The notes: a model not told the origin generated them from the letters alone. A stretch of 64,000 nt of DNA from Heteronotia binoei (GCF_032191835.1 NC_083234.1:2108001-2172000), one strand, 5' to 3'. Positions 1 through 11,490 are shown, counted from the first letter of the stretch. Translations and numbers: made by a program.

Positions 1-2415
1 GGAGAAAAGGACTTCTTTCTCTACTCTCTCCATCCCATGCATTATCTTGTAAACCTCTATCATGTCACCCCGCAGTCGACGTTTCTCCAAGCTAAAGAGT
101 CCCAAGCGTTTCAACCTTTCTTCATAGGGAAAGTGTTCCAGCCCTTTAATCATTCTAGTTGCCCTTCTCTGGACTTTCTCCAATGCTATAATATCCTTTT
201 TGAGGTGCGGCGACCAGAACTGCACACAGTACTCCAAATGAGACCGCACCATCGATTTATACAGGGGCATTATGATACTGGCTGATTTGTTTTCAATTCC
301 CTTCCTAATAATTCCCAGCATGGCGTTGGCCTTTTTTATTGCAGACGCACACTGTCTTGCCATTTTCAGTGAGTTATCTACCACGACCCCAAGATCTCTC
401 TCTTGGTCAGTCTCTGCCAGTTCACACCCCATCAACTTGTATTTGTAGCTGGGATTCTTGGCCCCAATGTGCATTACTTTGCACTTGGCCACATTGAACC
501 GCATCTGCCACGTTGACGCCCACTCACCCAGCCTCAACAGATCCCTTTGGAGTTCCTCACAATCCTCTCTGGTTCTCACCACCCTGAACAATTTAGTGTC
601 ATCCACAAACTTGGCCACTTCACTGCTCACTCCCAACTCTAAATCATTTATGAACAAGTTAAAGAGCATGGGACCCAGTACTGAGCCCTGCGGCACCCCA
701 CTGCTTACCGTCCTCCACTGCGAAGACTGCCCATTTATACTCACTCTCTGCTTCCTATTACTAAGCCAGTTTTTGATCCACAAGAGGACCTGTCCTTTTA
801 CTCCATGACTCTCAAGTTTTCTAAGGAGCCTTTGATGAGGAACTTTATCAAAAGCTTTCTGGAAGTCAAGGTAAACAACATCTATCGGGTCGCCTTTGTC
901 CACGTTTGTTCACCCCCTCAAAGAAATGTAACAGGTTAGTGAGGCAAGATCTTCCCTTGCAGAACCCATGCTGAGTCTTCCTCAATAACCCGTGTTCATC
1001 AATGTGCCTCATTCTGTCCTTGATAATGGTTTCTACCAACTTTCCCGGTATTGAAAGACTGACTGGCCTGTAATTTCCCGGATCTCCTCTGGAACCTTTT
1101 TAAAAGATGGGGGTGACATTTGCTACCTTCCAGTCCTCAGGAACGGAGGCAGATTTCAATGAAAGATTACAGATTTTTGTTAGAAGATCCACAAGTTCAA
1201 CTTTGAGTTCTTTCAAAACTCTCGGATGTATGCCATCCGGACCCGGTGACTTATTAGTTTTTAATTTGTCTATCAGTTGTAGGACCTCCTCTTTTGTCAC
1301 CTCAATCTGACTCAAGTCTTTCAACACCCCTTCCAAAATTAGTGGTTCTGGGGCGGGCAAAAAGTTCTCGTCTTCCACAGTGAAGACGGAGGCAAAAAAT
1401 TCATTTAGCTTCTCAGCCATTTCCCTATCCTCCTTCAGTAATCCTTTTACTCCATGGTCATCCAAGGGCCCCACTGCCTCCCTGGCTGGTTTCTTACTTC
1501 TAATATATTTGAAGAAAGTTTTATTGTTGGTCTTTATGTTTTTTGCAATATGCTCCTCGTAGTCCCTTTTTGCCTGCCTGATCACAGTCTTGCATTTGAT
1601 TTGCCACAGCCTGTGTTCCCTTTTACTAATCTCACTTGGACTGGTTTTCCACCGCTTAAAGGAGTCCTTCTTACCTTTTACAGCTTCCATTACTTTGTTT
1701 GTTAACCATGCAGGCCTTTTCTTATGCCTGTTTGTGCCTTTCCTAACTTGTGGTATGTATTTTATCTGAGCTTCTAGGATTATAGTTTTAAATAGCGTCC
1801 AAGCTTCCCCAAGGGTTTTGACCGTATTTACCTTTCCTTTCAGTTTCCTCCTCACATGCCTCCTCATCTCAGTGTATTTACCCCTTTTAAAGTTAAACGT
1901 GGTTGTGGCGGTCTTTTTGGACAACTCCCTATTTATACAAACGGTGAAATCAATAACATTATGGTCACTGCTCCCAAGAGGCGCAATCACTTTTACATCT
2001 CTCACCAAGTCTTGGACATAACTTAGGACCAAATCCAGGATCGCCCCACCCCTGGTAGGTTCTGAGACCATCTGCTCCATAGCACAGTCATTGAGAGCAT
2101 CAAGAAACTCAATCTCTTTCTCTCGACCAGAACACATATTGACCCAATCAATCTGCGGGTAGTTAAAATCACCTATTACGACACAGTTTTTACGTTTAGC
2201 CGCTATCTTTAAGCCTTCCATCATATTATAATTGTCCTCTCTCTTTTGATTTGGTGGGCGATAACAAACTCCCATAGTTAAATTTCCTTTTGGGCCCTCT
2301 ATTTCAACCCAAAGCATTTCTAAAAGTGAATCTAATTCTCTGACCTCAGTCTTACTGGACCGTATATCCTCTCTGACATACAGAGCCACCCCACCTCCAA
2401 CCCTTCCCTCCCTAG
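1..2415 (-). mobile_element. CR1 LINE (young family), 5'-truncated ORF2 (APE endonuclease to RT), runs off the window edge; disabled
   Basis: ORF 1100-2389 encodes CR1 APE motifs (GDFNYP, SDH) and KSPGPDGIHPRVLKEL. It is near-identical to 19300-20690/26097-27120 and to 8433-9424. Premature TAA at 1100-1102 and small deletions at about 880-1060. Confidence 0.95.
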
Positions 2416-2419
2416 TATG

Positions 2420-2905
2420 TGGAACCTTATAAAAAGCTTTACTGAAATCAAGATAAACAATGTTACAGTATCCCCCTGATCCAGCAGGGTAGTAACTTTC
2501 TCAAGGAAAAGAGATCAGGTTAGTCTGACATGACTTGTTCTTGAGAAACCCAGGGTGGCTCTTAGTAATCACAGCCATCTTTTCTAAATGTTCCAGGGCT
2601 GACTGTTTGATGATTTGTTCTAAAAATTTCCCAGGAATAGACATCAAGCTGACAGGTTGGTAGTTAGTCGGATCCTCCTTTTCTCCCTTCTTGAAGATGG
2701 GGACAACATTTGCCTGCCTCCAATCTTCCAGCACTTCACCTGTTCCCCAAGAATTCTCAAAAATAATGGCAAGAGGCTCAGAAATTACATCCACAAGTTC
2801 TTTCAGTACCCTTGGATGCAGTTCATCTGGCCCTGAGGGATTTGTTTCATTCAAAGAAACTAGGTGTTTATGTCTTACCCCTATGCTGATCCTAGGCTGC
2901 AAGAG
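2420..2905 (-). mobile_element. Older CR1 LINE RT fragment (different subfamily)
   Basis: ORF 2501-2902: SGPDELHPRVLKEL...WRQANVVPIFKKG...GFLKNKSCQTNLISF. Confidence 0.85.
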
Positions 2906-3244
2906 CCTCCCTCACCCTGTGTCCTGTTTTCGCCATGCTGAGCATCTGATGCTACTCACCAGAAAACACCTGGCTACTACCAGGGTGTGGAAGGTGCCGC
3001 TTCTCCCGACTCTTCAGCGCTCACAGGAGAAAAGCACAAGGAAGAAAGAGAGAGGGGATGGCTCTTTGCCCTTGCCCACCTTCCACTCACCCGCTGCACC
3101 AGGAACATGGCATGAAGGTGAAGAAGCCCATCTCACGAGGCTCAGGTGGTAAGCTTCACCACTCACCTGGAAGCAAGCGTTTAAAGAGGGGGGGGGAGGT
3201 TTGCAAAGTGGTGAGCTGGCTACGTGTGTGATGCTTATTAAATC

Positions 3245-3590
3245 TGTAGATGATACTAAATTGGGAGCAAATTTGGTAGAAAGAGCCCAGGATGGAAAAC
3301 TGGGCTCAAACAAATATAATGAAATTTAACAGGGATAAATGCCATGTTCTGCATTTAGGTAGGGAAAAAATAAAATGCATAATTATAGGATGGGGAAGAC
3401 AGTAGTCTGTGCGAAAAGGATCTAGGGGTGTTAGTGAACCATACATTGAACAGGAGTTGGTAGTGTGATGCAGTAGCTAAAAAGGCAGATTTTGGGCTGT
3501 ATCAACAGATAAGCTGGAATGTGTCCAAAGGAGGGCAACAAAGATGGCGAGGGGCCTGGAGACCAAGTCCTAGGAGGAGGAAAGGTTGAG
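3245..3590 (+). mobile_element. Degenerate CR1 RT fragment
   Basis: gatgatactaaattgggag...atgttctgcatttaggtagg...gaaaaggatctaggggtgttagtg match CR1 DDTKL / KVLHLG / EKDLGVLV segments with internal deletions. Confidence 0.7.
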
Positions 3591-3595
3591 GGAGT

Positions 3596-3750
3596 TGCAG
3601 GACTTTTTTTGTTAAAAAAGCCCAGCAGGCATCATTTGCATATTAGGCCACACCCCCTGACATCACCATTGTTTCACACAGGGCTTTTTGCAGCCAGAAT
3701 CATTTGCATATTAGGCCACACCCCCTGACACCAAGCCAGCAGGAACGGGG
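3596..3750. repeat. Short interspersed repeat with an internal duplication and octamer motifs (second family member at 27585-27650)
   Basis: catttgcatattaggccacacc occurs twice here and again at 27625; shared gcccagcagg/cagggcttttt flanks. Confidence 0.55.
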
Positions 3751-3763
3751 TTCCTGTTCAAAA

Positions 3764-4244
3764 ATGATGATGATAATGATATTGGATTTATATCCTGCCC
3801 TGCACTCTGAAGAGTCTCAGAGCGGCTCACAATCTCCTTTCCCTTCCTCCCCCAACAGACACCCTGTGAGGTAGATGAAGATATTGGATTTATATCCCAC
3901 CCTCCACTCCGAAGAGTCTCAGAGCGGCTCACAATCTCCTTTCCCTTCCTCCCCCAACAGACACCCTGTGAGGTAGATGAAGATATTGGATTTATATCCC
4001 ACCCTCCACTCCGAAGAGTCTCAGAGCGGCTCACAATCTCCTTTCCCTTCCTCCCCCAACAGACACCCTGTGAGGTGGGTGGGGCTGGAGAGGGCTCTCA
4101 CAGCAGCTGCCCTTTCAAGGACAACCTCCGCCAGAGCTATGGCTGACCCAAGGCCATTCCAGCAGGTGCAAGTGGAGGAGTGGGGAATCAAACCTGGTTC
4201 TCCCAGATAAGAGTCCGCAAACTTAACCACTACACCAAACTGGC
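3764..4244 (-). mobile_element. tRNA-derived squamate SINE with three tandem copies of a 102-bp 3' unit
   Basis: Minus-strand head GCCAGTTTGGTGTAGTGG (A box) and GGTTTGATTCC (B box). Tail units start at 3779, 3881 and 3983. Same family as 48471-48846 and 7370-7830. Confidence 0.85.
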
Positions 4245-4249
4245 CCTCC

Positions 4250-4685
4250 TTGAAGGGCTGCCATAGACAGAAGGGTGTGGAATTGTTTTCTGTGGCCCCG
4301 GAAGGTTGAACCAGAACCAAAGTGTTGAAATGAAATCAGAAGTTTCCAGCTCAACATGAGGAAGAGCTTCCTGACCATTGGAGTGGCTCCTCAGTGGAGC
4401 AGGCTTCCTCCTGGGGAGGTGGTGGGCTCTCCTTCCTTGGGGGTTTTTCAGCAGAGGCTGGATGCCCATCTGACAGCAATGATGATCCTGTGAATTTCGG
4501 GGGAGGGGTTTGTGAGTTTCCTGCATTGTGCAGGGGGTCGGACTAGATGACCCTGGAGGTCCCTTCCAACTCTATGATTCTAGGATTAGGAAGAACTTCC
4601 TGACTGTTAGAGTGGTTCCTCAGTGGAACAGGCTTCCTCGGGAGGTGGTGGGCTCTCCTTCCTTGGAGGTTTTTCAGCAGAGGCT
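4250..4685 (+). mobile_element. Two tandem CR1 3'-end fragments
   Basis: aggaagaacttcctgactgttagagtggttcctcagtggaacaggcttcctcgggaggtggtgggctctcc...ggactagatgaccctggaggtcccttccaactctatgattcta. Confidence 0.75.
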
Positions 4686-4884
4686 GGCTGGCTGGGCGCC
4701 CTGCTTGCGCGCTTTCCTCGGATTGGCCTGGCTCTCCTCAGCGCGCCCGGGAATTACTTGGCGGCGGCGGCGGCGGCAGCGTCCAGCGGAAGAGCACGAG
4801 GCAGGCTTCCTCCCGCTGGGCCTTAAAGGTGCGAGGCCGGCGAGAAATGGCTCCTGCCCCGCGGAGCTTGCGCGTGGCCGGTCG

Positions 4885-6277
4885 ATGGAGCTGCGCCTGC
4901 AGAACGCGGCCTTTTGGGCCAGCCTGCCCCGACGGCTCGCCCCTGCCCCGGGCCTCAGCGGGCCCCGCGCTCCTGCTGCAGGTGGGGCGCCGGCGGGGGG
5001 AGGGGGAGGGGAGGAGGGGCGCCGGGGGGCCCGCGGCAGACCGCTGAGCTTGTTCTCCCCGCAGAGGCCGAGCAGGAGGAGGAGGGGCAGCCGCACCTGT
5101 GGCGGTGGGTGAATCCCAACCGCGTCTGCCCCATCGCCGGGCGTCTCCGGCCGCCGCCTGCCCTCCACGGGGCCTCCGCGGCCAGCCCAGCAGCCTGCCG
5201 TCGGGACGGGCCGCGCTCGTCGCCCCCCGCAGCCGCCCCGCCGCAGGTAGGACGCAGGCCGAGCCCTGGGGCCGGGGTCGCCTCCCTCCCAGCCGCCTCC
5301 TTCTCTGCTCTCCCCTCCCCACAGGCCCCCCCGGCGGCGGCGGCGGCAGCGGAGAGGGCCGGCGGGCCTAGGCCGGCAGTCCGGCGGGGCAGGGGTCTCC
5401 GCTGGCGGGGCAGGAAGGCGAAGCGAGCGGCCGGCGGCTGGCCGCCCCCGCCCCTCAACTACTGCCTCCTCATCAGCGTGGCGCTGAGCAGCAGCCCCGA
5501 CGGCCGCCTCGCCGTCCAGGAGATCTACCAGTTCACACGGTGGGTGGCTGGGCCGCTGGGGGGCGGGCTCGGGGGGGCGGGCGGGGGCCCTGTGGCTTCC
5601 CACCCCCGCCGGCAGCCTCCCCCCTCCCCCGACGTGGGCCAGAGCTCTGGGCGCCAGTGAGGCTTGGCGGGGGCAGGAGGCCGGCGACTCCCCCCCCCTC
5701 CTCCTCCTCCCCCCCCCCCGCCGAGCTTCTGCTCTGGGGCTTGTCTCCCCCGCAGGCGCCACTTCCCGTTCTTCCGCACGGCCCCCGACGGCTGGAAGAA
5801 CACCATCCGCCACAACCTGTGCTTCAGCAGCAGCTTCCAGAAGACGGCGGACTTCGCGTGCCTCGAGGGGAACCGCAGGTCCCGCCTGTGGAAGCTCACC
5901 CCGCAGGGACGCTGCAAGCTCCGCGAAGAGGCCCAGGCCCTCTCCCACGCCCAGAGGGCCCTGCTGCAGCAGAGCATGGACGGCGACCCAGGTGGGCGGG
6001 AGGGAGGGAGGGAGGGAAGGCCAAGGCAGGCTCTCTCCGGGACTTGGACCCCCAACTCCCCTGCCAGGTAGGTCAGGCTGCGGCACCCCACGCGGTGGGG
6101 GAGGGCTGCAATCCTAATCTGGCGCTCTGACCCCTCCCCCAGCACAGCCTCCCTGGCTCAGGTCCCTCTTCTGCTTCTCTCCCCCCCTCCCCAGGACTGC
6201 TGAGGTCCCTCTTTGGCCTCCTGATGCCTTCCTCTGCAAGGACCTCAAGGGAAGTCTCTGCTGCAAGGAGAAGCTGA
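4885..6277 (+). CDS. FOXR1: Forkhead box protein R1 (FOXN5-type)
   Basis: Exons 4885-4981, 5065-5246, 5325-5539, 5756-5991, 6195-6277; all GT-AG and phase-consistent. N-terminal PHLWRWVNPN motif; forkhead domain PPLNYCLLISVAL..LAVQEIYQFTR|RHFPFFRTAPDGWKNTIRHNLCF; position upstream of CENATAC fits known synteny. The whole gene is GC/CpG-rich. Confidence 0.88.
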
Positions 6278-6829
6278 GCCCAGAAGGACAGAGTTTGGCT
6301 TCCCCCCCTGGTGTCTCCAGCTGCAGGACCCCCAAAGGCTGAGCAGCATCCCTGCCCCTGCAGTGCTCCCTCTGCTGAAGGGGGGGGGGCAGGAGGCCCC
6401 TGCTCACTGTTGCCCCCACAGGGAGCCGAGGGGGGGCGGGGGGGGGCTCTTGACTATGTTCTGTTTGGGAGTCCTTTGGAGTAAAGATGTGCAGCGACCT
6501 GTGTGAGTGGCCTTTTTCCCAGGATGCAGAGGGAATAAACCCAGACCAGCCCCAGAAATGCTTTCAGATCCCAGCCCTTTTCTTCACTCCAGTGTGGTTC
6601 TCTGGACCCCACCAGGCTCTCTGACACAATGGAGGGGAGGAGGGTGTGGCTCAGCTGAGCGGCTTTATCCCCCCCCCACTCCCCCAGTCAAGTTTTCTTT
6701 AATGTGAAGCTGCTTGTGGAGACTCCCCTCCTCTGGACTTTGAGGTAGGAGCAGGCAGACCCGCAGAGATGAATGAGAAGAAAGCTCACTGGGAACAGGG
6801 GAGATGGCTGAAGACACCATTGCGATATG

Positions 6830-7075
6830 ACGGGAACCAGGAACATCAGTTGACTTGCTAAGCTTTGGCTCCACTGAAACACATTGGAGGAGGTTATTTC
6901 TCAGGGGCATTTTCAAACAACTCCTCATGCACAATAATACAATATTTAATTTGAACATGGGCACTGATACCAGAGCTTGCAGTAAACGTCTCAGGCTTAT
7001 TCACATGCTCATCTTCTAACACTGTATATGCCATTAAATGCCAACACTGCCCTTCAGCTCCCTGCATAGGGCAAA
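6830..7075 (+). mobile_element. Penelope-like element fragment (GIY-YIG endonuclease N-terminal part)
   Basis: + strand translation KQLLMHNN...NVSGLFTCSSSNTVYAIKCQHCPSAPCIGQT matches the PLE GIY-YIG pattern (VYAI-C--C---YIGQT). Confidence 0.75.
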
Positions 7076-7104
7076 CATTTGTGTCAATTTCCCCCTCTGC
7101 CAAA

Positions 7105-7368
7105 GAAGAAGAGATTGGATTCAGGAGGGGATTGGATCAACATATGGAGCAGAGGCCCAGCAGTGCCTATTAGCCACCGCATATCGTTGGAACTCTGTCT
7201 GGGGCAGGGATGCTCTGTATCCTTGGTGCTTGGGAGGGGCAACAATGGGAGGACTTCTAGTGCCCTGGCCCCACTGATGGATCTCCTGGTGGCACACTGT
7301 GACAGAGTGTTGGACTGGATGGGCATGATCCAATATGGCTTCTCTTATGTTCTATGTTCTTATGATTT
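7105..7368 (+). mobile_element. CR1 3' UTR/terminal fragment
   Basis: atggagcagaggcccagcagtgcctattagcc...gagtgttggactggatggg...ggcttctcttatgttctatgttcttatg terminal microsatellite. Confidence 0.75.
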
Positions 7369-7369
7369 A

Positions 7370-7830
7370 TACCCTTTGTTTCACTACACAAGGGAGTCTC
7401 AGATTGGTTTACAATCTCCTTTCCCTTCCTCTCCCTACAGACACCCCGTGAGCAATGGTCCCTCTAAGCCATGGAGTCTTGTGAGCAAAAATTCTACTTT
7501 GTGAGATATTGGCATTAAAGTTGTGAGCTACTTCATAAATTAGTTTGCTCTGGGGCCATTTTTCCTGAGCCAAGGCAAAAATGTGTGAGCTGGAGGCTAA
7601 AAAACTGAGCTAGCTCACACAGTTTAGAGGAAACACTGCCTGTGAGGTAGGTGGGGTTGAAGAACATAAGAGAGGAAAAGTAGGAGAGGTCACTCATAAC
7701 TTTTTGAGTAGAAAAGCTCTGAGAGAACTTGTGGCTGACCCAAGGTCACAGGTGTATGTGCCGGAGTGTGGAATCAAACCTGATTCTAGATAAGAGTCTG
7801 CACACTTAACCTCTACACCAAACTGGATAA
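7370..7830 (-). mobile_element. tRNA-derived SINE interrupted by a hAT MITE
   Basis: Same body as 3764-4244 (acaatctcctttcccttcc..., gataagagtctgcacacttaacctctacaccaaactgg). Confidence 0.75.
7453..7638. mobile_element. hAT-type MITE
   Basis: Imperfect TIRs caatggtccctctaagc / gtttagaggaaacactg; 8-bp TSD cccgtgag (7445-7452) / cctgtgag (7639-7646). Confidence 0.75.
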
Positions 7831-7869
7831 ATGGACTAATAGATCTGACATAAAGACTCACCAACAGAG

Positions 7870-9585
7870 GTACTCATGTTTGTCTGTAGCAGTAGAAAAG
7901 ACTAAGAGTCCAGTAGCATCTTCAAGCCTAACAAAACTGGCGATAGATAGGGTATGAGCTTTTGTGAGTCACTGCTCACTTCAAAAACAGCTAGAATGTG
8001 AGTCCATCTGTCCCATATATTGGAAAGGGGGGGGGATTACAGATGCCAAATGACAGTAGAAGGTGTGATATGCAGGGAGATCGTAGGCACCGAGAAATCA
8101 GCATTTGTAATGAGACAGGAAACCTATGTCTTGATTCAGTCCAGGAGGATGCATTGTCTTAAGCTTCATTATCAGTTGCAATTAAGCAGTCTGTCTTTCA
8201 AATCTCCCTTTGAAATTCCTTTGTAAAATAATCCATGTGGATGTGGTTGGGGTGGGAGCTGGAGGCATGTAGATGTATTTGCTGATCTGTTGGTTTCCAG
8301 TATGATGTGGTACTTATGTGTCACTTATGTATGCATCTGTGGCAGGATTTATTTGGGGTGGTTTTGGACCACACATACCAGGAAGTTTATTTCTTGTGCA
8401 GAGTACTTCATAGTTTGATTAGTGTGGGTTAGAACATAAGAACATAAGAGAAGCCATGTTAGATCAGGCCAATGGCCCATCCAGTCCAACATTCTGTGTC
8501 ACACAGCGGCCAAATATATATATATATACACACACACATACACACTGTGGCTAATAGCCACTGATGGACCTCTGCTCCATATTTTTATCTAACCCCCTCT
8601 TGAAGGTGGCCATGCTTGTGGCCGCCACCACCTCCTGTGGCAGTGAATTCCACATGTTAATCACCCTTTGGGTGAAGAAGTACTTCCTTTTATCCGTTTT
8701 AACCTGTCTGCTCAGCAATTTCATCGAATGCCCACGAGTTCTCGTATTGTGAGAAAGGGAGAAAAGGACTTCTTTCTCTACTCTCTCCATCCCATGCATT
8801 ATCTTGTAAACCTCTATCATGTCACCCCGCAGTCGACGTTTCTCCAAGCTAAAGAGTCCCAAGCGTTTCAACCTTTCTTCATAGGGAAGGTGTTCCAGCC
8901 CTTTAATCATTCTAGTTGCCCTTTTCTGAACTTTCTCCAATGCTATAATATCCTTTTTGAGGTGCGGCGACCAGAACTGCACACAGTACTCCAAATGAGA
9001 CCGCACCATCGATTTATACAGGGGCATTATGATACTGGCTGATTTGTTTTCAATTCCCTTCCTAATAATTCCCAGCATGGCGTTGGCCTTTTTTATTGCA
9101 AATGCACACTGCCTTGACATTTTCAGTGAATTATCTACCACGACCCCAAGATCTCTCTCTTGGTCAGTCTCTGCCAGTTCACACCCCATCAACTTGTATT
9201 TGTAGCTGGGATTCTTGGCCCCAATGTGCATTACTTTGCACTTGGCCACATTGAACCGCATCTGCCACGTTGACGCCCACTCACCCAGCCTCAACAGATC
9301 CCTTTGGAGTTCCTCACAATCCTCTCTGGTTCTCACCACCCTGAACAATTTAGTGTCATCCGCAAATTTGGCCACTTCACTGCTCACTCCCAACTCTAAA
9401 TCATTTATGAACAAGTTAAAGAGCTGCTAAAAGCAAAATATAGAAGTTGTGGAAAGCCTGGTGAAATCTTTTGAGGGCTTCTTTGCCAGGGGTCCATCCA
9501 TACAATATTAGCGGAAATCAACAAACATTCCTCCAGCTACCACCCCAGCTGCATCAACCAATCCATTGTGTATAGCCATCTTTAT
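7870..9585 (-). mobile_element. Penelope-like element remnant, split by a CR1 insertion, with a short inverted segment (about 9515-9585)
   Basis: Minus strand: LQRNFKGRFERQ..LQLIMKLKTMHPPGLNQDIGFLSHY (GIY-YIG C-terminus, 8100-8225); WKPTD..LHASSSHP and YSAQEINFL (RT, 8235-8430); DI..W..GKEALKRFHQAFHNF (9437-9512). + strand SSYHP..NQSIVYS at 9520-9580. Confidence 0.75.
8433..9424 (-). mobile_element. 5'-truncated young CR1 LINE with intact RT C-terminus and complete 3' UTR
   Basis: Uninterrupted 287-aa ORF 8551-9414 (FADDTKL...YFFTQRVINMWNSLP); (AACATAAG)n terminal repeat at 8433. Confidence 0.95.
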
Positions 9586-9594
9586 GCTCTAGTC

Positions 9595-9723
9595 CAGGGG
9601 TGGCCAACGGTAGCTCTCCAGATGTTTTTGCCTACAACTCCCATCAGCCCCAGCCAATGCTGGCTGGGACTGATGGGAGTTGTAGGCAAAAAACATCTGG
9701 AGAGCTACCGTTGGCCACCCCTG
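9595..9723. mobile_element. Palindromic hAT-type MITE (foldback)
   Basis: Ends CAGGGGTGGCCAAC...GTTGGCCACCCCTG; near-perfect self-complementarity over about 60 bp per arm; perfect 8-bp TSD ctctagtc (9587-9594, 9724-9731). Confidence 0.9.
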
Positions 9724-9879
9724 CTCTAGTCGCATCTGCTCCAGCCCCTCAGACAGATACCCACTTGGAGGATCTGGGACAGGCCTGTTTGCAGCTACAG
9801 TATCCTGATAAAGTGAGAAAGATGACTGGAAAAGCCAAAGTGACACCCAGCTTGCTGCAAGATGAGCCCAAAGACATAA

Positions 9880-11490
9880 AGGTTTGACTTCAGGAAAGCA
9901 AATTTTGACAAAGGTATCCTAGGTAGACTCCCATGGCTTGAAATACTTAAGGAGAAGGGAGTGCAAGAGGAGTGGGAGTTCCTTAAAAGCAAAATATTGA
10001 AGGGATAATCACAAACAATTCCTATGAGAAGAAGAAAAAATGAGAGGAGCCTGAAGAAGCCAAGGTAGCTCCATAAAACGACTTGAGAAATAAAGACTCA
10101 TTTAGGAAATGGAAGGAGGGCCTTATAACCAAGAATGACTATAAATAACCAGCACTTGTAGAGAGGAAAGCTAAGGCTCAGTATGAGATGAGGCTGGCAA
10201 GAGATGCTAAAAACAAGAAAGGGTTCAAAATAAGAAAAAGCAAGGACATGGTAAGCTCCTTGCGGGGACAGGAAAGTAAAATTGTAATACATGATGAAGA
10301 GGGCAGAACTGCTTAATTCCTACTTTTCCTCTGTCTTGTGAGGGAAAAGGTGCTCAACATGGCAAAAATGGAACACATGATGAGGAAAGAGTCTTGTAAC
10401 AGGACTGGTATAGGGCTAGTATGTAAACACCTAGTTTCTTTGAATGAAATGGAAGTCCTCAGGGCCAGATTAATTGCATTTAAAGAACTTCTGGACATAA
10501 TTTCTGAGCCTCTGATTATTTTTGAGAAATCTTGGAGAACAGGTGAGGTAACAGAAGACTGGAGGTGGACAAATGTCCCCAACTGTAAGAAGGGTGAAAA
10601 GGAGGATCTGGGTAACTACCCATCTGTCAGCTTGACATCTTCCTGGAAAAGTTTTAGAACAATCATCAGTCAGTCCTTGAGCATTTAAAAAGGACAGCTG
10701 TGATTACTAAAAGCCAGCCTGGGTTTTCCAAGAACAAGTCATGTCAGACTAACCTTATCTCTCTCTTTTTGGGGGGGGGGGAGAAAGTTACTACCTTGCT
10801 GGATCAGGGGAATGCTATAGACATAGTTTATCTTGATTTCAGTAAGGCTTTTGATAAGGTAGCTCATAATATTCTTGTTGACAAGTTGGTAAAATGTGGT
10901 TTGGATCCTGATACTGTTAGGTGGATCTGTAACTGGCTGCCAGATCGCACCCAGAGAGTGCTTGTGAATGACTTCTCATATCCTCTTGGAGAGGAGTGAC
11001 AAGAGGAGTGACTCAAGGATCTGTCCTGGGACCTGTTTTGTTTAATGTCTTTATAAATTATTTGGATGAAGAAACAGAGGGCATATTTATTAAATTTGGA
11101 GATGATACTAAATTGGGAGGGGTAGGAAATTTGGTAGAAGACAGAGTCAGGATGCAGGATCTTAACAGGCTGGAAAACTGGGTTAAAACAAAATGAATTT
11201 AAACAGGGATAAATGTAAAGTTCTGCACTTAGGTAGGAAAATGCATAATTATAGGATGGGGAAGACATCATGGCATTAGTTTGTGTAAAAAGGATTTAGG
11301 GGTTGGGGTGGATCATACATGGAACATGAGTCAGCAGTATGAGGCAGAAGCTAAAAAGCCAAGCTGGAAAAAGTCAAGGCATCGCGATGAGGATAGTGAG
11401 GGGTCTGGAGACCAAGTCCTATGAGGAAAGGCTGAAGAAGCTGGTTGTGCTTAGCCTGGAAAAGAGACCTAAGAGGTGATATGATCACCT
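9880..11490 (+). mobile_element. Old, heavily frameshifted CR1 LINE ORF2
   Basis: ORF pieces GFSKNKSCQTNLIS, YLDFSKAFDKVAH, GVTQGSVLGPVLFN, GDDTKLGG. Confidence 0.88.

Noticed and set aside
37-808. Recurrent + strand ORFs (MHYLVNLYH..., MAPMCITLHL...) also seen at 8668, 9215 and 26288
   Set aside because: Antisense frames of CR1 ORF2; they recur because the element is multicopy
4170-4244. tRNA-like sequences here and at 29313-29390 and 48471-48540
   Set aside because: A and B boxes are present but there is no complete cloverleaf, and each continues into a SINE body
4674-6086. 470-aa minus-strand ORF and other long ORFs overlapping FOXR1
   Set aside because: Low-complexity Pro/Arg/Gly/Ala shadows of a very GC-rich region where stops are rare; no recognisable domain
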